64,000 bases of DNA from Squalus acanthias (lineage: Eukaryota), in assembly GCA_030390025.1 (NCBI GenBank), contig CM059452.1, forward strand, positions 10,230,001-10,294,000, in the 5' to 3' direction. The number at the start of each line of letters is the position of its first letter. The first letter of the stretch is position 1. The notes beneath the pieces were generated by a model. The model searched no databases. It was given only the letters and a program-made list of their open reading frames with translations, and had not been told where the DNA came from. Position numbers and translations under genes: made by a program. This document shows positions 11,498-24,138 of this stretch, one piece after another.

Positions 11498-13189
11498 ATC
11501 TTCAGCACACAATAATACATCGCACTGTCACCCAGCTGTAAACCTGCCAGGGTTAAACTGAAGAAACGATCCGATACTCGGAGGGTAGAAGAGAATCGGC
11601 CTCCCACACGCTCTGGTTTTTGTTCTTCTCCCTCAGAATTCCTTCTGACTAAAAGCACCGGTGCCTCCCCCGTTCTTTGCCGATACCAGAACAGGTCATA
11701 TCGGCGGCTGTCTGTGGAGTATGAACAGGGCAACACCATGCGTTCTTTCTCCACGCAGGGTACTGATGCTGTCGGTTGCTTAATTGTATTCGAATAACAC
11801 ACTCCTGCATAAATAAACAGAAAACAAATAGAGGCTTAGATACCGGAGACACCAATATCTGATCACTCCCTCTGTTTATCCTAGAATCCTGGTATCAGAG
11901 AATGATACAGCACAGAAGGAGGCTATTCGGCCCATCGCGCCTGTGCCAGCTCTTTGGTACAGCTATACAATTAGTCCCACTCCCCTGCTCTTTCCCCGTA
12001 GCCTTGGAAATGTTTTCCCTTCAAGTATTTATCCAATTCCTTTTTGAAAGTTGCTATTAAATCTGCTTCCTCCACACTTTCAGGCAGTGCATTCCCGATC
12101 ACAATGACTCGCTGTGTGAGAAGAATGTTTCCTCATGTCGCCTCTGGTTCTTTTGCCAGTCACCTTAAATCTGTGTCCTCTGGTTACCGACCCTAGTGCC
12201 ACTGGAAACTGTGTCTCCTTATTTACTCTATCAAAACGTCCATGATTTTGAACACCTCTATCAAATCTCCCCTTCTCTGTTCTAAAGAAACAACCCCAGC
12301 TGCCCCAGTCCCTGCACATAACTGTAGTGACTCATTCCTGGTCCCATTCTAGTAAATCGCCTCTGCACCCTCTATAAGGCCTTGACATACTTCCTAAAGT
12401 GTTGTCCTTAATTGAACACAATATTCCAGCTGAGGCCAAGCCAGTGTTTAATAAAAGTTTAGCATAACTTTTTTGGTTTGTACTTTATAACTATTAATAA
12501 AGCTCAATATACCATATGCTTTTTCACAGCCATCTCAACTTGCCCACCTTCAAATATTTGTCTACATACACCCCCAGGTCTCCCTCTCTTCCTGCACCCC
12601 TTTAAAATTGTGTCATTTAGTGTGTATTGCCTCTCTTCATTCTTCCAACCAAAATATATCAATTCACAATTCCCTGCGTTAAATTTAATCTGTGATGTGT
12701 CTGCCCATTTCACCTATCTATTGATGTCCTCTTGAAATCCGTTTCTATCCGCCTCATTCTTTACTACATTTCCTAATTTTGTGTCATCTGCAAACTTTGA
12801 AATTAAGCCCTGTATAACAAAGTCCAATCATTAACTTATATCAAAAAGAGCAGTGGTCCTAATACCGACCCCTGGGGACGACTACTACATACCTCCCTCC
12901 AGTCCAAGCGAATGATCAATCCCACCAATCCATCCATCTATCCGTCCATTCCTCCCTCTCTACCGCGCTCTCTCTCCAACCTTTCGTCCATCCATCATTC
13001 ATTCATCCATCCATCCATCATTCCCTCCATCTATCCAATCCGTCTCTCTCTACATCCAGCCCTCCTTCCATAAGACAAATATTTATTTTCCAAATATTTA
13101 TTTTCCAAATATTTATTTTAATACGAACTAAACTTCTCACCGAATTTCAGAATAAGAATCACAACGACAGCCCCGAAATCCTTTGACAT
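11498..13189 (-). CDS. TCR alpha/delta V gene, apparently intact (leader 13189-13141, V exon 11804-11498)
   Basis: Leader MSKDFGAVVVILILKF G|GTGAG. V exon ...VLPCSYSTDSRRYDLFWYRQ...DSAMYYCVLKI. RSS CACAGTG (11497-11491)-23-ACGGAAACT. Intron is enlarged by a CR1 insertion. Confidence 0.85.
11890..12905 (-). mobile_element. CR1-like LINE 3' fragment in the V intron
   Basis: Degenerate RT C-terminus (KWAD.Q.KFN.G.C) and CR1-type 3' UTR. Confidence 0.8.
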
Positions 13190-13974
13190 TTCGTCAGTTT
13201 GTTCCCTAAGAATCTGATTCTGTGCCAGACTTCGAACTTCTCTAAAAGGCGAAATGGAATCGAACTGCTGACACCTCCCTAAAACTGCCAGTGTTTGAAA
13301 ACTAATATCTGTGCGGTGGGACCGTCCATCTGATGCGAACGGCCACTATCTCTCTTTTATGGAATAGGAGCGCAGACTGAATATGCTGTTCTGAATAAAA
13401 CAGGAAGTAAAAGACCAAAAGGCGCCGATAGCGAAACTGCCCTTCGCACTGAGGCAAAGGCGGTGGTTATAAGTCAGCGCGCTGAAACTGCGCGATGGGA
13501 TTCTCATTTACGATTTACTTAATGCATTAGCCTCAGATTGCTCTTTCTACTCTTCCTCCTATTGTACCGGAAGTGCTCGCCCATTTATAGGAAACGAGTT
13601 AACCCCTTCGCTGAGAGAGCGGAGAAAGGAATATTACAGCCAGCATTTCAGCATCGTTACCCAAGGCTCTCAAATCTCACTATGGTAATTCTAAAGCCCT
13701 TGCTATTGTACAGCTGAGACTATACGGCTCCCACTGTGATAGTCACGGCGATGTGAGATTCCCCACCAGAGATGGGCTCAGTGTTTTTCTGCACTGGGGA
13801 CAGTTTCAAGTATCCGAAACACAAGCAGTAAACAGAACCAGGAGGGAGATTCCAGCAACCGGCAGAGGCTGTCAGTGGAAGGGTCGGGAAGTGATCAAGT
13901 CTGTAATGCGCAAGCAACGTACAACATCCTGACATGGATAATAATACTAGTATAAATAATGATTAAAAAAACAA

Positions 13975-14395
13975 GAAGGATTTGAATTTATACAGCGCCT
14001 TTCACGACTTCAGGACGAGGCAAAGTTCTTTACAGCCAATGAACTGTAATCACTTGTAATGCAGCAACCAATTTGCGCACAGGAAGATCTCACAAACAGC
14101 AACGTGATAATGACCAAATGGTCTTTTTTTAGTGATGTTGGATGAAGGATAAATATTGGACAGGACACATGGGAGAACAATCCTGCTCTTCGAAATAGTT
14201 CCAAGGGATCATTTACGTCCTCCTGAGAGGCCAGATGGTGCCTGGTTTTAACGTCTTATCCGAAAGACGGCACCTCCGACAGTGCAGTAGTCCCTCAGTA
14301 CTGGCGGCCTAGATTTTCAGATCAAGTCTCAGGAGAGGGGCTTGAACCCACGACCATCTGACTCAGAGGTGCGAGTGCTGCCACTGAGCCACGTG
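13975..14395 (-). mobile_element. DeuSINE-like (SacSINE1-like) tRNA-derived SINE
   Basis: Minus strand has tRNA head GTGGCTCAGTGG...GGTTCAAGCCCC and tail GTCGTGAAAGGCGCTGTATAAAT. Confidence 0.65.
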
Positions 14396-14589
14396 GTTCA
14401 ATAATAAAAACAAAAGAAGAATTTTCGCGGCAATAAACACAGACCAGCGGCGGTACAGATTGTAACAAAACACACACAACTAGGCCAGAAGGAGACCCGC
14501 TGGAGAACAACTGGACAAATTACTAATTGGTAGAAAAATGCCTCATTGATATTGCTTTCTTTCCGATCGCCATCGGTACGACGCCCTCA

Positions 14590-15090
14590 CTAGAGAACGT
14601 GCTAAAAAGATTTACAAGGATGACACCAGAACTGAGAGGTTGTAACTATCAGGAAAGGTTGAACAGACTGGGGTTCTTTGCTCCAGAAAATCGGAGATTG
14701 AGTGGTGACATACTGGAGGTCGTTAAAATGATGAAGGAGTTCGATAGCGAAGACGTTGAGAATATGTTTCCGCTTGTGGGGGGAGTCCTAAACCAGGGAC
14801 CATGAATATAAGATAGTCACTAGTAAACCCACTCGGCAATTCAGCAGATACGTCTTTCCCCAGAGAATGGTTAGAAGGTGGAATTGGCTACCACAAGGGG
14901 TAGTTGCGGCGAATAGCACAGATGCCTTTAGAGGAAGCGAGAAAAAGAGGGAGGGATAAAGGAAGAGACGGATATGCTGATAGGTGGAGATGAAGTAGGG
15001 GTGGGAGGAGGCTCGTGTGGAGCATAAACACCGACATTGACCAGTTGGGCCGAATGGCCTGTTTCTGTGCTTTAAATTCTATGTAATATA
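14590..15090 (+). mobile_element. CR1-like LINE 3' fragment
   Basis: RFTRMTPELRG.NYQERLNRLG...RRLSGD motif. Confidence 0.8.
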
Positions 15091-15218
15091 GTTTAATCAA
15101 TGTGCTGTCGGAGGCAATAATACAATTAAATCTTCATTCTCTAACCTAACGGGCAGGTGTCTTGTAAAGAATGACACAGATGATCTTTCTAAAGCAGGCC
15201 GAGTCCCTCCCGAGGCCA

Positions 15219-15257
15219 GTTTTTTGTACAGCGGTGCTGCTCATTGCTGTCACAGTG
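15219..15257 (-). other. Orphan 23-RSS (V remnant)
   Basis: Minus strand GCACT-CACTGTG-23-ACAAAAAAC, with no intact V attached. Confidence 0.5.
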
Positions 15258-15944
15258 AGTGCATCACTTTCTAAACAAGAGCATGCAAGAGAATGTGTTA
15301 TCAATAAAATTTGAAGGAATTAAACGATCAGAAATTACATTTTGAATTTTAAAAAAATGGTGAAAAATAACTGGTGAACATAAACATTTTTTGTGGAATG
15401 CACTTGCAAACATTGACAAAAATGTGTTTTGTATACACTCACACACACACATCACACATATATACAGCAAACACTTCTTGTGTGCGCTCTATTCAGTTGT
15501 TCCTCTTAACCAGATGAGAGCTAAAGAATCGGTGGACATTAGGACCCCGCGGCAGCCCATACGGCGGTGCTGTGAGGTCACGGTTCCAGGCTCTGTCGCA
15601 CAATCAGTGGGTCCCGCGAAAGATCAATAGAAAATACTGCAGGAAAAATAAAGTAATCTTTAACACAACAGCGCTTGCCATTAAGTAGATGAAAGTGCAG
15701 TGCACTATTGCTCACCTTTAGTCCTGTCCCTCAATCCCAGCTCTTCTCTGGGAGCTTGTCACAAGATTCACCCCATCATTTCAACACAAATATTACCGAC
15801 AAACTACCCGATCAATTAGAAATTACACACAGCTGCTGATAGCTATTAACAACAATAAACTTATGCTTCCAACCATAAATGATTGCATCCTCCCACCCGC
15901 TCACATATTGCAGTAACCAAAATTAATATCATACTTTAGGTTAA

Positions 15945-16727
15945 TGTTAGAATATGTATAACACAGCATCAATGTACAGGGTGGAGGTGGCAAATTAATC
16001 CATGCCCTGAGTTAAACGGTAGACAGGTCTGTATTCATTAGACAAGACTAAGATGGTGGGAAATTAAACTGCAGAGTCAGCTGCAGAGTATGACTGGTGG
16101 GAAAATTAGGGAGGATACCTACTCAGCAAGGCAGGATAACACGCATACAAGATAACATACATAAGGATTGAGTGACGATGTGGCCTGAGGTGGCCTTCGC
16201 TTGTTTGTGAAGTTACAACATGGCTGGCCAGAAGACAAAATGGCTTACATCGAAGTCAAGTTGAACTAATTATACTATGCTTGCTTTGCAGAAGTACATG
16301 AGCAGGTCACAAGGTCAGAATCTGTGCTTTGAAGAGATTGTGACTCTCAGACAACACGAATAGATAAGAAAGAAGGCCACGATGATAGAGGGGTTGGGAT
16401 AAGTCAATTAAGCAAAAACATGATTGACTGCAGAATGTGGGAAGAAAGCGTAAAAATGTCACGTGGTAGAAGTAATGGATATAATGGAATACTAGACACC
16501 ATGATGGATAAATTTGTACTCGCCCCTAGGGCAGGATGAGACTGATAAGATTATGTATAAAAATGTAATTTACTAAGCTGTCGTTGGAGTCGGATCCAAG
16601 AACGGTCTTGGAAGGTTCTCCCCAGGCCTGTGAATAAAGACCGTTTTGAACCATCATTCGAAGTCTGTCATCTGTAGTGAAGCTAAGCGTCGACCTTGTA
16701 TATCAATTGGTCCGCTGATTGCTTACA
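15945..16727 (+). mobile_element. Possible solo LTR
   Basis: TGTTA...TTACA ends, TATA-like TATAAAAA at about 16556 and AATAAA at about 16633. No target-site duplication found. Confidence 0.35.
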
Positions 16728-16789
16728 TCACATATATGTATTTTATTTATATTAATACCTGTCTATCCATCTAAAAGAGAAATGGTCTA

Positions 16790-19700
16790 GAACAGTAACG
16801 CAGACATGGTCCAGTGTAATGTAAACAGAGACAGGGTCTAGTGCTGTAATAACTGAGAAGGGTCTAGTGTAACATAAACTGAGAGAGAGTCTAGTGTAAT
16901 ATAAACAGAGACTGGGTCTAGTGTAATATAAACTGAGAGAGAGTCTAGTGCAACATAAACAGAGACATGGTCTAGTGTAATAGAAACCGAGACAGGGTCC
17001 AGTGTAATATAAACAGAGACAGGGTCGAGTGTAATATAAACAGAGACAGGGTCCAGTGTAATATAAACAGAGACAGGGTCTAGTGTAATATAAACAGAGA
17101 CAGGGTCCAGTGTAATGTAAACAGAGACAGGGTCTAGTGTAATATAAACAGAGACAGGGTCTAGTGTAATATAAACAGAGACAGGGTCTAGTGTAATATA
17201 AACAGCAACAGGGACAAATGTAATATAAACAGAGACAGCGTCTAGTGTAACATAAACAGAGACAGGGTCGAGAGTAATATAAACAGCAACAGGGACAAGT
17301 GTAATATAAACAGAAACAGGTTCTAGTGTAATATAAACAGAGACAAGGTCGAGTGGAATATAAACAGAGACAGGGTCTAGTGTAATATAAACAGAGACAA
17401 GGTCTAGTGTAATATAAACAGAGACAGGGTCTAGTGTAATATAAACAGAGACAGGGTCCGTGTAATATAAACAGAGACAGGGTCGAGTGTAATATGAACG
17501 GAGACAGGGTCTAGTGTAATATAAACAGAGACAAGGTCGAGTGGAATATAAACAGAGACAGGGTCTAGTGTAATATAAACAGAGACAAGGTCTAGTGTAA
17601 TATAAACAGAGACAGGGTCCGTGTAATATAAACAGAGACAGGGTCGAGTGTAATATGAACGGAGACAGGGTCTAGTGTAATATAAACAGAGACAGGGTCT
17701 AGTGTAATATAAACAGAGACAGTGTCTCGTGTAATACAAACAGGGACAAGATCTAGTGTAATATAAACAGAGACAGTGTCTAGTCTAATACGAACAGAGA
17801 CAGGGTCTAGTTTAATGTAAACAGAGACAGGCTCTAGTGTAATGTAAACAGAGACAGGGCCTTGTGTAATATCAACAGAGACAGGATCTAGTGTAATATA
17901 AACAGAGACAGGCTCTAGAGTAATATAAACAGAGACAGGGCCTAGTGTAATATAAACAGAGACAGGGTCTAGTGTAATATAAAGAGAGACAGGGTCTAGT
18001 GTAATATAAACAGTCACTGGGTCTCGTGTAATATAAACAGAGACAGTGTCTAGTGTAATATGCTCAGAGACAGGATCTAGTGTAACAGAAACAGCGACAG
18101 GGTCTCGTGTAATCTTAACAGAGACAGGGTCGAGTGTAATATGAACGGAGACAGGGTCTAGTGTAATATAAACAGAGACAGGGTCTAGTGTAATATAAAC
18201 AGGGGCAGGGCCTAGTGTAATATAAAGAGAGACAGGGTCTAGTGTAGTAATAACTGATGCCGGGCCTGGTGTAACATAAACTGAGACAGGGTCCAGTGTA
18301 ATATAAACAGAGACAGGCTCTAGTGTACTATAAACAGAGACAGGATCTAGTGTAATATAAACAGAGACAGGGTCTCGTGTAATATAAAGAGAGACAGGGT
18401 CCAGCGTAATATAAACAGAGACAGGGTCTAGTGTAATACCAACGGGGACAGGGATTAGTGCAATATAAACAGGGACAGGGTATAGTGTAAATATAAACAG
18501 AGACAGAGTCTAGTGTAATATAAACAGAGACAGGGTCCAGTGTCGTGTCAGAGAGTTATACAGCACAGAAAGAGGCCCTTCGAACCATCGTTTCCGCGCC
18601 GCCCATCAAGCCCTGTCTATTCTAATCCCATTTTCCAGCACTTGGTCCGTAGCCTTGTCTGCTATGGCGTTTCAAGTGCTCATCTAAATGCTTCTTGAAT
18701 CTTGTGAGGGTTCCTGCCTCTACCACCCTTTCAGGCAGTGAGTTCCAGATTCCAACCATCCTCTGGGTGAAAAAGTTTTTCCTCAAATTCCCTCTAAACC
18801 TCCTGCCCCTTACCCTGAAACTATGCCCCCTGGTTATTGACCCCTCTACTAAGGGGAAAAGTTCCTTTCTATCTACCCTATCTATGCCCCTCATAATTTT
18901 GTACAGCTGAATCAGGTCCCCCCTCAGCCTTCTCTGCTCTAAGGAAAACAACCCAAGCCTGACCAGTCTCTCTTCATAGCTGAAGCGCTCCAGCCCAGGT
19001 AACATCCTGGTGAATCTCCTCTGCACCATCTCCAATGCAATCACATCCTTCCTATAGTGTGGCGGCCAGAACTGCACAAAGTACTCCAGCTGTGGCCTAA
19101 CTAGCGTTTTGAACAGCTCCATCATAACCTCCCTGCTCTTATATTCTAAGCCTCGGCTAATTAAGGCAAGTATCCCATATGCCTTTTTAACCACCTTATC
19201 TACCTGTCCTGCTGCCTTCAGGGATCTATGTACATGCACACCAAGGTCTCTCTGATCCTCTGTCCTTCCTAGGGTCCTACCATTCATTGTGTATTCCCTT
19301 GCCTTGTTAGTCCTCCCAAAATGCATCACCTCACACTTTTCAGGGTTAAATTCCATTTGCCACTGTTCTGCCATCTGACCAACCCGTCTATATCGTCCTG
19401 TAGCCTGAGGCTTCCCTCCTCGCTATTTACCACTCCTCCAATTTTCGTGTCATCTGCGAACTTACTGATCATACCTCCTACATTCATATCTAAATCATTA
19501 ATGTACACTACAAACAGCAAAGGACTCAGCACCGATCCCTGCGATACACCACTGGACACAGGCTTCCAGTCACAAAAACAACCTTCGACCATCACCCTCT
19601 GCCTCCTGCCACTGAGCCAATTTTGGATCCAATGTGCCAAGTTGCCCTGGATCCCATGGGATCTTACCTTCTTGACCAGTCTCTCATTTGGAACTTTGTC

Positions 19701-20402
19701 AAAAGCCTTACTGATGTCCATGTAGACTACATCAACTTCACTACCCTCATCCACACACCTAGTCACCCCCTCGAAAAAATCAATCAAATTGGTTAGACAT
19801 GTTCTCCCCCTGACAACGCCATGCTGACTATCCTTCATTAATCCTTGCCTCTCCAAGTGGAGATTAATTCTGTCCATCAGAATTTTTTCCACTAATTTCC
19901 CTCCCACGGATGTTAGGCTCACTGGCCTGTAATTCCCTGGTTTATCGCTACTACACTTCCTGTAATATAAACAGAGACAGGGTCTAGTGTTATATAAACA
20001 GAGACAGGATCTAGTTTGATATAAACAGAGACAGGGCCTGGTGCAGTAATAACTGAGACAGGGTCCTGTGTAATATAAACTGAGACAGGGTCTAGTGTAA
20101 TATAAACAGAGACAGTGTCTAGTGTAAAAAAAACAGAGACAGTGTCTAGTGTAATCTAAACAGAGACAGGGTCTAGTGTAATATAAACAGAGACAGGATC
20201 TAGTGTAATATAAACAGAGGCAGGGCCTAGTGTAATATAAACAGAGACAGGGTCTAGTTTAATATAAACAGAGACAGGATCTAGTGTAAAAAAACAGAGA
20301 CAGGGTCTAGTGTAATATAAACAGAGACAGGGTCTAGTGTAATATAAAGAGAGACAGGTTCTAGTGTAATATAAACAGAGACAGGGTCTAGTGTAATATA
20401 AA
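16790..20402. repeat. 27-bp minisatellite (AGTGTAATATAAACAGAGACAGGGTCT)n interrupted by a CR1
   Basis: Direct tandem repeats at 16790-18543 and 19961-20402. Confidence 0.95.
18547..19960 (-). mobile_element. CR1 LINE, 5'-truncated RT (relatively young)
   Basis: ORFs 19326-19922 and 18622-19374 with DISKAFDKV, GVSQGSVL, FADD and RRLRGDLI; one frameshift. Confidence 0.92.
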
Positions 20403-20406
20403 TGTG

Positions 20407-20495
20407 ACAAGTCGCACAACACCATATTATAGTCCAACAGGTTTATTTGAAATTACAAGCTTTCGGAGCGCCGCTCCTTCGTCAGGTGAAGTGAA
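20407..20495 (-). mobile_element. Penelope-like terminal repeat fragment with degenerate hammerhead motif
   Basis: Minus strand CAC-CTGACGA-AGGAGCGGCGCTCC-GAAA-GCTT-GTA (20488-20454); homologous to the 51484-51691 arms. Confidence 0.6.
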
Positions 20496-21082
20496 GAGAT
20501 ACATATAGGCACAGCATATATAATCAGAGCACACAGCCAGATGATTACAATCAGTTCACCAATAACACTTCAATATTAACAATTCATTTTAAAGCACTTT
20601 GGGACATTAAGAAAAGGTTTGAAGCTATAAATTTGGACCAGAAAATTACGTGGTTAAGTAATTTCTAAATATGGCCATAATGGCACCTTATTCCATTCTT
20701 TATATCTCTAAACCAGTTCTCCACGAACCTAAACAAGTCGCACAAAAAAGTACAACCTTTTGAGAAATAAGAGTCTGATTTAACCTCATGTCATAGAGCA
20801 TTGAGCCTAAAAATTGGCATTCAAATTACCAAATTCGGCAACTTCACCGATTCAGCTCTGTCTGCATGATGTACCATGTCCACTCTAACCATATATCCCC
20901 ATCACAGTGACCCCATCAACCTGAGCACATCTCAGTGATGTACTGACCTTACCCGCCCAACTGGTGAACAAATCATTCAGTGTGTGAATGGACTGAATGG
21001 AAAGGCTCTGGGGAGTGCGCATAAAGGAGTTCAGGGCATTTCAATTTGCGACCACAATGTCCAAAACCCACGGGACATATTT

Positions 21083-21348
21083 CACTGTGGCAATGACTTA
21101 CAGTGAATATATGGCGGTAAAAAAAAGTCACAGTTCATGCTCCTTTTATCCGTGAGTTCAGAATGGTGTGACTGCACCAGTCTCACAGAGGAGCAAGGAT
21201 TTAGGTAGGGAAGTGGAAAAATTATGTACCAGTTGATCTGCTTTGTATCCGCATTGATTGAAGTAATTCGGGGGAGGATACATTGAGCGCTTTGTTGTGC
21301 ATGAAAGGACCACATGTTCCAAATATTACACTTGTCTCTTCTCAATCC
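21083..21348 (-). pseudogene. Highly degenerate V-segment relic
   Basis: Minus strand: acceptor-like TCAG, Cys, INWY, SELT, then ACCGCCATATATTCACTGTAAGTCATTGC-CACAGTG (TAIY[Y]CKSL + heptamer). No nonamer. Confidence 0.35.
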
Positions 21349-21766
21349 TGACATGTGCTCGCTTTATATCTTTGAGATGGAGATTCCCCATCACCATAGA
21401 AGGACCATCAGTACCGCGTGGATACCTTCAGGCTTCTCTTCGTGATGTTCAGCTCGTTATAAATGGACACAGTGTGGAGCGAAATGATACAGAAAATCAG
21501 GAAGGACTGGAGTCGCCAGACTGACACAAATGTAAAGGGGCTGCCTCGTGTTGGGAAGTAGAGACTCACAAAGATGAGAATGTGGAACAGCAACTTTCAG
21601 GCCCATCCATCCATCGATTCATCCATTCATTAATCCTTGCATCGATCCATTATTAAAAATTCAGACATCTAACTATCCATCTATTCCTGCATCGCTACAC
21701 CCATCTACACAAACACACATAATTATTTATTTCAGAATGTATCCTCTCTCTGAGGTCCTCTCTGTC

Positions 21767-21944
21767 NNNNNNNNNNNNNNNNNNNNNNNNNNNNNNNNNN
21801 NNNNNNNNNNNNNNNNNNNNNNNNNNNNNNNNNNNNNNNNNNNNNNNNNNNNNNNNNNNNNNNNNNNNNNNNNNNNNNNNNNNNNNNNNNNNNNNNNNNN
21901 NNNNNNNNNNNNNNNNNNNNNNNNNNNNNNNNNNNNNNNNNNNN
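21767..21944. other. Assembly gap
   Basis: Run of N. Confidence 1.
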
Positions 21945-23429
21945 TCAGACGCTGGATATATTTCCTATCTTGAAAGATGGGAACCTTTACACACAGTTAC
22001 ACAACTGAATAATTAAAATTGACTCCAGTACTGTTGCTGGGTAGATTTGTTTATCAATAGGCCTCACTCACAATGTTAAGGCTTTGAAGTTGGCTTTCAG
22101 CCAAGCGGTCAGTAGTGAGGAAACAGATCTTTGATTCACTGCACAGAACCCCCAGATGCTTCCTGTAAATGACATTGGGTTTTCGAGCCTCCCTGACGGC
22201 AGTCAGCTGGGCTGCTGCCAAATACTGAGTGGGGCAGATTGGCGTGAATATGAATTGGGAAACAAGAATGGATTTAACTATTTGAACATTAAATTATTCA
22301 GCAGCGCTCTCACAAGAAAGAAACATTTTACATGGTATAACATCTAAAGAATGACTTTCGGTAAATGACTTGCTCACAATATTATAAAATAGGATGAGAA
22401 AAAAGTAAATTGATCCACATGCTAATTAATTTTAAAAATTCCTATTAAAGACAATTCTAAATAATTCAGTCGGTTTATTCAGCACTGCACGAAGTGCTGG
22501 AGAGAGATTTTATTGACCCCACGCCCACACTGTAATGAGATCAGTGCGAATCGCAAAGTAAATAAAACAATAGTTGGAATTGCCTCGATCCCGCTGCACT
22601 TCCGTGAATATTCTCAGAGTTGTGAGCCTGATTTAAACTCAGGGCTCCCTTATTACTGATTAGCAGCCGCGCACTGTGCAGTTTAATTTTGCTGATTTTG
22701 ATTCCTAAACAATCAATCTCTGAGCCCGGCTACCAATGGGCAGAGAAATGCTCAGTTTGTGATCTGTTTCAGCGGGAGATGGAGCCTTTATTCTTGTGAT
22801 ATTCAGCAACATACCGCTATGTCCTGATATACTGTGTTCCTGATACCAGTGTATGTTACACAGTCGGTCGCTATTAACGTTCGCTACAAGGATTTGGATG
22901 CCGGGGTTTGCTGATCGCATTATCAGTTTAAATTCACCAGCTTCTCTTTACCAAAAGCTGTTCTGAAGCGGGCGGGCCCCAAAATTCTTATGTGTCTCCG
23001 TCAACTCACTCCTTAATTATCAGGCAAGCGAATTTATTTTAAAGCTAATTTTATAAAGGACTGTCTTATGGCCACAGACTCAGTGGCAGTTAGAGAAATG
23101 CAATGAGATACACTTGTATAATGTGAGGGCTTTCTACTCATCTCCGGACCCAAATCGTGTAGCTATAACCATCCACATTGTAAATAGAATCACATTACCC
23201 ATCTCCCGCATTCAGGTACATAGACCTACAGTAATTCATTATACAGGGGATACTTTATTGGTAGAGAGTGAAGGATGGATAGCGGGAGATGCGTAACACA
23301 TACTGGCAGTCTCTTTAGACCCTGATAATGTAATTTAATCTGAGAGATTCACATCCGCTGTGAAGGAGTGAGGAAATAAAGGGATTTAATTGACAGTCCA
23401 GATGTGAGTCCATTCTGTTGGTGATGTGG

Positions 23430-23520
23430 AAGGTGTGACGTGGATCCAGTAGCCGCCTCTATCAGGGAATCAATAGGCGGCGCCTGTAACCTCGCCCCCT
23501 TCTACCGGGTATTTAACTGC
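23430..23520 (+). promoter_or_regulatory. Putative IgH promoter (CRE-like GTGACGTG, TATA-like TATTTAA; no octamer)
   Basis: Motifs lie 90-175 nt upstream of the IgH ATG. Shark IgH promoters are generally described as octamer-less and CRE-containing. Confidence 0.35.
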
Positions 23521-23608
23521 CGGTCACTGGGACCGCAATACAACAGTCCGGGAGCGGGTTTGATCAGTGAGTTCTTGTCAGAACCATTTCCCACACATTG
23601 CCAGGAGG

Positions 23609-24138
23609 ATGAGGTCGGCGATTTCTCTCAGTCTGTTGCTGGCTTTCTTATCCGGTGAGTAGTTTTTATTGTCCAAGTCTCTCACTGTTACTGTCTCAGT
23701 GTTAGTCTCTCTCTGGAATGTTAGAGAGTCTGGAATCATTTCTCCAGGATTAATCCTCGGGGTTTTTGATTGTTTTTACAGGTGTCCAGTCGGATGTCGT
23801 GTTGACTCAGCCAGAGGCAAAGACCAGGAGTCCCGGAGGCTCCCTGAGACTGACATGTAAAACCAGCGGATTCACTCTTGGCAGCTACTTCATGTACTGG
23901 GTCCGACAGGTTCCCGGACAGGGGCTGGAGTGGCTGGTTAGATACTACACTTCATCAAGCAATAACTACGCCCCAGGGATCCAGAGTCGATTTACTGCGT
24001 CCAAAGACATTTCAAACAGCATCTTCGCTTTAGACATGAAGAACCTGAGGACCGAAGACACCGCCATCTATTACTGTGTAGGATACGCACTGGTTATGGG
24101 CTACTGGGGAAAAGGCACCATGGTGACGGTGACGGCAG
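23609..24138 (+). CDS. IGHV: IgM heavy chain leader (23609-23654) and pre-joined VDJ exon (23782-24138)
   Basis: [16 protein letters not shown]|GTGAG, then [12 protein letters not shown]...[13 protein letters not shown]...[29 protein letters not shown]|GTAAG in one open frame with no intervening RSS. The leader intron is retained. Confidence 0.95.

Noticed and set aside
16790-20402. Regular repeats here and at 2521, 27640 and 37410 as possible CRISPR arrays
   Set aside because: Head-to-tail units with no unique spacers, no cas genes, and a vertebrate context.
20903-20940. CACAGTG/CTCAGTG pair as a D segment
   Set aside because: No acceptable nonamer at 12 or 23 nt on either side.
22500-22920. 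Minus-strand ORF with CNIHWYQ and nearby CACTGTG as a V or D segment
   Set aside because: No YYC motif, wrong Cys-Trp spacing and no properly spaced nonamer.
23782-24138. Processed (retroposed) IgH copy
   Set aside because: The leader intron and all C-region introns are present.
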